A DNA stretch of 64,000 bases from Lepidodermella squamata (lineage: Eukaryota > Animalia > Gastrotricha). The notes below the pieces were generated by a model. That model was given only the letters and a program-made list of their open reading frames with translations, searched no databases and had not been told where the DNA came from. Made by a program: the position numbers and the translations under genes. Each line of letters starts with the position of its first letter. Position 1 is the first letter of the stretch. The stretch is from contig JBLDXI010000042.1 of NCBI GenBank assembly GCA_047495785.1, forward strand, positions 868,001 through 932,000, in the 5' to 3' direction. Below are positions 56,101-64,000 of the stretch, in pieces.

Positions 56101-56301
56101 GAAATGAGCTGGTAGCGCTATGGGCCCTGAAAACGGGTGCGCAAATGTTAACAGCTGTCGCGAACCTACGGCGAATACTTTACGGCGGATATTAGAGGTT
56201 GGTTTTTTTTCATGTTGGCAAGCTAAAATGAATGCTGCAAGCGCGAAAGAAGTTGCCTTCCGTGTGGATTCACGACAGCCGTAGCGCTACCAGCTCACTT
56301 C
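56101..56301. repeat. Short inverted-repeat element just upstream of the PAN gene; related motif at about 63520
   Basis: GAAATGAGCTGGTAGCGCTA ... TAGCGCTACCAGCTCACTTC. Confidence 0.65.
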
Positions 56302-57014
56302 ACCATATTTTATTTGAAATTTGATATCAATATTTTACTGGACTGCAGGCTCCAACTGTTTCTACGATAGCCGATACCATTTGATGAATGCTTTCGATGC
56401 GCGAAAATCTGGATTCAGTGGCTAGTGGCTACCAAACTTTCAAATTTCATTCTAGAGTCTCTTTCACGACTTCTGAAAATGCTAGAGAAGAGCCCAAGCG
56501 CTCCAAAGCACCAAAGACAGCTCCGGTGCTTGTTTTCATTTTAATGACTTACATCTCTTTGCCTGCCTTCGCCCTCTTCAAAACCGGAAACGGTAATGAC
56601 GCTTAGTCATGGAGAGGCTAAAAAAATAAAACTATTATTATTACATCGAAAATGGGTTTCAGATTTGGAATGAGCGCGAAAAACTGCATTAGACCATGCA
56701 ATGAACTCGAATTTGAACAAAATGTCGTAAGCTAAGGTTTTCACTTGTCGCGGCTCATTTTAATAATTCTACGAATTTCATGCGAAGAATTATCGCGCTC
56801 CATCTCCCGCAAAAAAGCTTATTACAGGCCTCGCTAAATTTGGGGATTAGTTCGAAGATGACGTATTTCCCACCACCTTGAAACACTTTTATTTGAGAAT
56901 AAAATAGATCGATATATTATAGACAATAGGATTTTATTATGTTTAATATTCAATGCGAACTTTCACCATTTAGTTTAATGTTAATATTTCACAGTTGCCC
57001 GCGTCTTGGATTTG

Positions 57015-57336
57015 TTATACCTTCACGAAAAGGTCGGTAAATATTTGAACATTGGTCTTGGTGCGGGTGCAGGCTGGATAATGGCGACAGACTCCTTTAA
57101 GATCCACGTGGAAGGCGGCGCAACCAGCATTACAGCTTTGGGAACATGGTAAAAACGACATCCCTCTAACCTCTTTGATAGGCTTCTCCTGACACGTGTA
57201 GATGCTCCGCTGGTAATTAGGGAACGCTGAATGGGAAAAAATCCGACAATGTTAACAAGTGTTATAACTCGAGACTTACCTCGCACAGCAGCGAAAAGAT
57301 TAGAATTACGATCAGAGAAATAGCTAGGGTCTGCAT
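57015..57336 (-). pseudogene. PAN/apple-like mini-gene with a -1 frameshift in the signal-peptide exon
   Basis: Exon 2 (57226-57015) is intact: TCQEKP...CSQSCNAGCAAF...CRHYPAC. Exon 1 (57336-57280) is 57 nt and ends in phase 0, where phase 1 is needed. Confidence 0.7.
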
Positions 57337-58680
57337 AGTTCGGCATAGTTACCCCACAGTTCGGCAGGCCAGAGTGAGAAAAACCCAAAAAATCACAGGG
57401 GGTGCCCTTTGGTTTTTCATAAAATTGTGGCCCGAAGATAGTTCGAGGATTTTACTTCGCGCACTCGAAGCATGGATTCGCCTTTTGCCGTACCGAGGAT
57501 GTATTTCGTATAGATTTAGGCCGAAAACGTTGTAGTACCGTGCAAGCTCGCAGTGGCTTTTTCTGTGCTCATTCCAACCTTATTAGGGTCAAGTCTCGCA
57601 AATGCCATTCCCTATCGAAAGCGGGACGTAAAAACCCAACATTCGCGATTCGCAACGTAAATCCAACAGAGCTGGAAAACTTGCAAAAATGTCGCACCTG
57701 GTGCGTGGGCAATTTTCAGGAAAGTAGGAAATTTTTAAGGTAGGAAACCTTTCCATATTCTCACGCAAGGCAGCGCCTAGCGAACGACGAGCTGTAGTTG
57801 TAGCCTAGTCACAGTATCGGCAACCACGCGCTGGCTAATGGCTAACGGAGAACGCAGCGGTACTGGGAGTTGAAGAGGCTCAGTTCGTGGAAGATCGGGG
57901 TCGAATTGCCCGATGTCAGGCCATTGCAGCCTAACAGCAAAGGAGCAGCATGAGTCCATGAACGAAATAACAGTAAACCATAAACAACCTGGACGAAGAC
58001 GTAGGAGTGCGCGACAGGCGTGCGGGGACTGAGCACACGGCTTGCATAGGTTTTTTTTCCGCACACACAGACGCGAACGGCGACAGTATGGGGGTTCCCT
58101 CCGGCATTAGATATTTGGAATCAGCATGAAAAATTGAGGTAGACCCCCAATTAGCGCGCAATTAGCAGCCAAATTCACGAAGAAATCGACTAATTGTTGA
58201 ATTTAGAAAAGATGAAAAGTTCTGAATGTCGACAATCTATCGGAATTCTCGCTCTCGATGACACTTTCTTTGGCCTTCTTGATTGGCTTGAATACTTCAA
58301 TCCAGCTTGACACTCTCGATTAAGATGACATTTTGACATTTTGAGTGCAACGGATTATAAGAATTGATCATAAGACTAAGATTCTTAATTAGCTTGAAAA
58401 TGAAACACAGCGAAAAATGCAGCCCAATTTTCTCGAGTTCTTGTTCCGTGTTAACGTACTCAGTGGCATTTCCGCCAATCTATTCATAGGAATGGCTTTT
58501 TCCAGGTAGTATAAACAATGCGTGACGCAGATGAACATACAAACAAGTAAAATACGCAGCGACAAAACAAGAAGTTAATAACATGTTATTGGTGCTATAT
58601 ATCTGATGAGAGAAGGATATTACGAGCTATCACCAATTCTTTATTGACAGCTGCAAAACGTAACGGACTAGAGGTTTGCC

Positions 58681-58687
58681 TATAAAA
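58681..58687 (+). promoter_or_regulatory. TATA box of the PAN gene at 58777
   Basis: TATAAAA about 95 nt upstream of the ATG. Confidence 0.6.
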
Positions 58688-58776
58688 CCGAGGCGGCAAA
58701 GCGCTCACAAACAGTATTCGTTTTCGATATTTCTTGATCTCTCACTATCATCATCCACCATCATCCGCAATCGGCA

Positions 58777-59160
58777 ATGCAGTCTAAGGTTGTTTTCTTG
58801 CTAGCTATCGTCGTACTGGCTGTTGCCTGCATTCAGCAAGCGAGCGCCGCACCCAAAACAACCAAACGCACAATCAGTAATAATGAACATGTGTGGAGCG
58901 AAAGCTAGCTAATTGATATTTTTTCTTATTTCACAGCCAACATGAGCTACTTCACGAAGGAAGACACTTACTGCAAGGGCGAGTATCGTCGCGTGAAGGC
59001 ATGGGGCGATGACGAGTGTGCCAGGGAGTGCAGAATCGACCACGCGGGCTGTGTCGCGTTTTTCTACAATGATTTGATGTGTCTCTTGTACAAGGAATGC
59101 GTACCTGGCGCCAAGGTCAGGGGCACGATCTTCACATACAGGATGATCAAGCAAGGCTGA
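58777..59160 (+). CDS. Small secreted PAN/apple-like domain protein, 107 aa
   Basis: Exons 58777-58876 (MQSKVVFLLAIVVLAVACIQQASA) and 58937-59160 (YC...CARECRIDHAGCVAFFYNDLMCLLYKEC); AATAAA near 59301. Confidence 0.85.
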
Positions 59161-59502
59161 AAACCCTGCGAAGAAGAGCAAAAGCTGGTGAGCTGACGTG
59201 AGAAGAGACTTGCATGGGATGCCATACACACCGTTTATTCTGATTGCTGTGTTCTATATCTCTGAAATTTATGGATTGATGGCATTGATGGAACCCGAGG
59301 AATAAATTATTCTACTTATTAACATTTCCGACATTCATTATTCCTAACAATTTTGTTGACATTTTGGAGGAAATCGAAATAGGGCAAAACGTTTCCAAAG
59401 TGTCCACCTGGTTTACATCGCGCTTAAACATTATTACAGTTAAAGTTGTCTAAGCCGGGCTCGGATCGCGCCAGGCAAAATGGTCCGGTTTAGACTTATA
59501 AT

Positions 59503-59650
59503 ATATGTTAGAACACCGAGTTTTGATTCTAATCGAGAAAACGCGTAATTAGTAGAATTTTTAATAATCTCGAGTAAACGAAGACGAGTCGAAGTTTACG
59601 AGAGGGAGCGTTTTCGAGATTAGGATTAAAACGAGTGATCTAACATTATT
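59503..59650. mobile_element. Degenerate MITE-like inverted repeat, followed by (CTTCTACGCCGT)x3 at about 59673-59707
   Basis: atgttagaacaccgagttttgattctaatcgagaaaacgc and gcgttttcgagattaggattaaaacgagtgatctaacat. Confidence 0.6.
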
Positions 59651-60174
59651 AGAGCACGGCTTCTAATGTTCACTTCTACGCCGTCTTCTACGCCGTCTTC
59701 TACGCCGAACATTACTTCTTCTTAGCATTATTTGTTCGCGCATTGATCGCGCAATTATTCCAGTTTTTAGTTAACCGAATTACTGAAGCCCATATTTGTA
59801 CTATAATTTCAACAAAGAAGACTAATTTGAATTGAAGAAAAACGGGAGCAATTTTGAGCTGTTTTTATGGAGATTAAAGAAATCTAAATTTGCAAGAAAA
59901 TTCGAAAAATTGCGCGTGCAATTATTTAAAAGTGAAAAAGAAAGAAGACGGGATGCGCAATAGAGATGAGCCTAAATAATAAATGGCGCGAGCGAGTGCG
60001 TTTTGTAGGAAATTTCAAATTTGGTGCGTAGGAAGTTCTGCATGTTTTCCAGCTCTGAAATCCAACACGCTTAGAATGGTACTCGCTACGTTACCCTGAT
60101 AGGCTTGTGACGGGGAACTCCCGTTGTCGCGGGTCGCGGGTCATGTTCGTGTTCTGTCGGTCTGTCAAAAAGCA

Positions 60175-60660
60175 TCAGTATAGGTGTTGAAAATGAGTCC
60201 CCTCGCCGACGACTGTTAGATCGTCAGCATAGGCGTCTAGGGAACAGCCGGGGGCATTCGGCGCAGTTAGAAGGTCAGCAGTGCACACGATGTATAGTAG
60301 GGGCGACAGGGGCGACCCTTGCGGGACCCCGCAGTTCAGTCCGCTGTTGGCTGAGGAAGCCGGCGACGCGCGCTTGAAGCTTCCGGTCGCGCAGGAAATC
60401 GGTAAGCCAGGCGGCCAGGTTTCGAGGTAGAGGCAGTTCGGTGAGTTTGAAGGCAAGGCCGGCACTCCACACGGAATCGTACGCCGCCTGTACGTCAAGG
60501 CCGATGACCTTACGGTTACGCGACCGGCCGAGGTGGACGCGGTGCGCGATTCGCAGCGGTACGTCCGGAGCGGATCGGTGAGCACGAAACGCGTACTGGT
60601 TGTCAGGCATTAGGCTGAGATCCTCTAGGAACCCACCCAACCAGCGCGCGATGATTCTTC
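60175..60660 (-). mobile_element. LINE reverse transcriptase fragment, frameshifted
   Basis: NQYAFR, LDVQAAYDSVW, WLTDFLRDR, GVPQGSPLSPLLY and YADD spread over two frames; GC-rich. Confidence 0.9.
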
Positions 60661-62090
60661 ACGCGCGATTGAATATTCTGAATAATTTGCCTTTTGTAAA
60701 AAATTAAATGAAATAAGAGCGCGAAAATTTAATGAGATGATTCACCTGCGACCTAACTGAAAATAAATTGATTTTGAAATTGCCATTTTTCATGTTCACA
60801 TTATTAAGCCGCAGGAGCCACTCCAAATGCCGTGAATTTGAGGCTAGTTGACAACAGTATTGAATAAAATCAATTAACCTATGGTTAAAATTTATTGATG
60901 AGTGACATCGTCAAGACTGGACGTGGCCTATTAAACCGATCTAATTTATGTCCTCTTTTGCGTGCGACCTAGGCGATCCTCGGAATTGCGTGTGACCCTC
61001 TTAATTACTGTCTGCGACCTAAAATTGGGTCGCCGACCCTGTTTTGGTAACCTATGCCCAATTGTACCGAGGATTGTAGATACGGGCATGGTCAGAAGCA
61101 GACCAGTTGGCTTTTTACATGAATGGGTGCGCGATGGCGGCGTGTTGAAGGAGCACGAGTTAAATTCAATACGTATTGCGCTTAACAAGTTGTTTGCAAC
61201 TATGCATGAGAATATTAAAGGAAATTTTATAACTGAATGCAGTGCTCCGAGTACGGGGGGTAAGGGGGGTAAACAAACCCCCCTGGCGTTCGGAAATTTC
61301 TGAAAATCCTAAGGGTCCCCAATCTTGGTGAGAATCCAGATGACGTGCATCACTGGTTTTGGATCTGTTTACTTTCTTAGCAAATCACCACAAATATTGC
61401 AAGCAATTTTAACAATCTTAGCTAAGACAATTGAGAAGATTTGCATGGCTTCAGTCCAATTCTTGATGCTAAAAGGCCGGTTGTTTGCTCAGTTGCTACG
61501 TTTTCTTGTCAATTTTACTATACTACAGAAAATATTCAGCGGAGCTAGGTGCATAAATGACTAAACGAAATTCGTTGGAAAATTAATTAGCATGGAGAAC
61601 ATTAAACAAATTGCGACAACCATTCGTCCGTAAATTTATCACGGTTTTGATGTAGTAACTTCTAGTCATAACTTCAGTGCGCGAAAGAGAAAAGGGGGTA
61701 TCGTACCTCGTGAGCCAGATCGCAAGACCTCACCAACACAGGTCCGAGGATTCCCTAATCAGTTTCCTAATCAAATTTAGCTACTATTCATACTAGGTTG
61801 ATTATAATGGATACAACTGGCTGAATTTGTACATTACCACTCTCTTCTACCAAGCTTTTCACCTTGGGATTTGGGATGCTTCTTCGACATCTGTGGGAAA
61901 TCGTTTAATCACGTTATCCACAGAACTGGAGTTCATAAGAGAGCTGCATTTGTGGGATCAGCTCAGGTCAAATGAAGAACCACCTCAACTGAGCATGAGA
62001 ATCTTGAAATAATTCCCACCACCTTAGATCACATTTATTGGAAGCAACACTCATATATATGGAGGTAAATAACAGGATGTCACATCGTTC

Positions 62091-62511
62091 CTAAATAATC
62101 AGGAGCAGTTCCCATTGTTCATTTTCGACCATTTTTCGACTTTCTGCTCGGCTCTTTAAATTTGATGAAAACAACGTTGTTTTTCGGCACCTTGGTGCCC
62201 GTTCCGTCCAGGTTTTAAATCTACGGCAAATTTGGGTGGTATTGTATTGGAAGGCTGAGCAGCCTCCATCGCCTGAACAGGTTTGCATGCAGACTTGCAG
62301 CTTTGCGGCTCTTGTTTCTTTCACCGGCGATTCCTTGCACAAGTAGTGGACTTGCCTGTAACCAGGGTAGTAAGAATCACCAACTAGAGGAACAATCAAA
62401 ATAACAAATGTCGATAGGAATGCATTAAGTTGAGACTTACACTGAGCATTTACAGCAGCGAAGCAGGATAGAACTGCGATCAGAGCAACAGCTATCAGCT
62501 ATGGTCTGCAT
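62091..62511 (-). pseudogene. PAN/apple-like mini-gene with a +1 frameshift after codon 3-4
   Basis: The ATG at 62511 is out of frame with LIAVALIAVLSCFAAVNAQ. Exon 2 from 62383 reads LCKESP...CMQTCSGDGGCSAFQYNTTQICRRF, with Trp at the sixth Cys position. Confidence 0.7.
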
Positions 62512-64000
62512 AGTCGGTAAGATATTCAAAGTGTAAGGGGGAATATGATATAGACCTCTTGAAGTTGCCGATATTTCGAACGACGCAATTTCAACGAATA
62601 GAATGATGAACTAGCGGAAGCATTGTTCAACACTTGCGTTACTGCATTTTTCATTTTTCGATCAGCCCAGACAAATTTGAAGAAATGAAAGCTTTCAAGC
62701 TGAAGTCGAACCTGAGAAGATGGCAGAAAAACACAATCGAAAGCATGGTGAGATTATGGATTCTGGAGCTCCCGAGGATAAACGAATTTCTTCGATTAAG
62801 AAAAAGAGCCCAAAATGGCGAGAAAACTTTGGCGATAAGTATATGTGCTGGGAACAAAATGCATTTGCTGATTGTTACCAGGCTCGGAATAATTCACCCG
62901 AATTTGCTGAGCAGACGATTTCTTGGTAGTTACCTCGTTTCATATGGACGCCGCCATTTACAAAGTCAGTCAAAGATCAAAGAACTTCTCAATTTTGACG
63001 CCGAGGTGATAGGAATCATGGGTTCATCTAGCCTTTTGAAATGGGGTAAAATGGACCTCTGAAGCTAAAAAATAGCCAACACGCTCGAAATTTGGGGATG
63101 GGTAGCAAAATCTTTAGGATTTTCCACAAAAAGGGTCTAAAGTCTTGCCTTGCCTTGCCAAAAAGACGGCTTTTCCAGACGTTACTCGTTACTCCGATGT
63201 TGGTTGTTGCATTCGGTCCGAATGGTTGTTACATTGTGTAACATGCTGTACCTAATTGATTTTCTGGAAACGCTTGTTAATAGTTGCTTTCATTCGTTTT
63301 CCATCATTGTTGTGAGGCTGTTAAAAATTCGCTGACTGGCAAAGGCTTCATCCATTGCTACAACCCCCTCTCCGTCCTCTCACCGTTTTGCTCTCAGTTG
63401 ATGCTTATTTACCCATTGGCTAGACGTGTTTTGAAAATTTTCTCTAAGGATGTACTGCACCGCCGTAGTCAGTCTGGGTTCACGACAGCTGATATCATTC
63501 GTGAACCCGTTTTCAGGGCTCGCAGCGCTACCAGCTCATTTCATCTTTTTTCATTTCGACATTAACTTACCGAATTCGCAGGTCATAGCCACTTTAACTT
63601 CACGCCTCCTATTAACATTTTCTATGTCGATTACACTTCCGAGGAATACTGAGGAAAGAAAATGCCCCAGTCTGATCGAAGTCGGTGTGTGAAGCTTACG
63701 GTAATGCTATGGATCTTTCACATTTTCTTGACTGGACCTCTCTAGTATAGTTTATTGTGTGTGTACAGCAGTGCGAATACAGGAACTGGCTAACTATTCT
63801 TTCATTTTCAACTAGATATTAAACGTTGATAATTTTGGTTGAATTTCAAAATCATGATTAAGCTAGCTCTACTCATCGTTGTAATGGTAACATTGATAAA
63901 GATTCACTTTTATCTTTGTTCATCTCATTGCTTTTCAGGCTATCGTTGCTAAGGATGCCCTGGCAGAGACTAGAACCGTTGGTCAGCCATGCAAAACTAG

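Noticed and set aside
55663-56115. 150-aa plus-strand ORF
   Set aside because: Antisense to the two-exon PAN gene, which has paralog support.
62634-63450. ORFs of 142 and 69 aa, possibly a transposase or recombinase relic
   Set aside because: No diagnostic catalytic motif recognised; needs a database search.
1-64000. CRISPR array, rRNA/tRNA genes or prokaryotic operons
   Set aside because: No repeat-spacer array or recognisable structural RNA; the genes have spliceosomal introns.

Overview
Eukaryotic (invertebrate-animal-like) genomic DNA with many short GT-AG introns of about 45-60 nt; the ORF track fragments most genes, so gene models were rebuilt by hand. 1.5-36 kb: three tandem minus-strand paralogs of a secreted protein, built from a signal peptide, an array of 4-Cys modules encoded by mini-exon pairs (12, 12 and 6 modules, grouped in triplets bounded by phase-1 introns) and two LamG/pentraxin-like domains. 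Copy A looks intact (26 exons, about 1019 aa), copy B has two lesions, and copy C is shorter. Their introns hold a full-length two-ORF RTE-like LINE with a TSD, a decayed LINE, MITEs and a foldback element; a solo LTR lies between copies A and B. 37-55 kb: an ABO-type GT6 glycosyltransferase (plus an orphan duplicate of its catalytic exon at 25 kb), an AttH/tocopherol-cyclase-like gene head-to-head with an atypical cytochrome P450, an intronless GABA-B-like class C GPCR with a decayed paralog, an intronless SABATH methyltransferase and a fucosyltransferase. 55-63 kb: four small secreted single PAN/apple-domain genes, two with frameshifts in the signal-peptide exon. The strongest candidates for an undescribed system are the triplet mini-exon Cys-module/LamG family, its linkage to a fucosyltransferase+GT6 pair (blood-group-like glycan writer/reader locus), and a possible animal biosynthetic gene cluster. 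No rRNA, tRNA or CRISPR array was recognised, and the species cannot be determined from the sequence.
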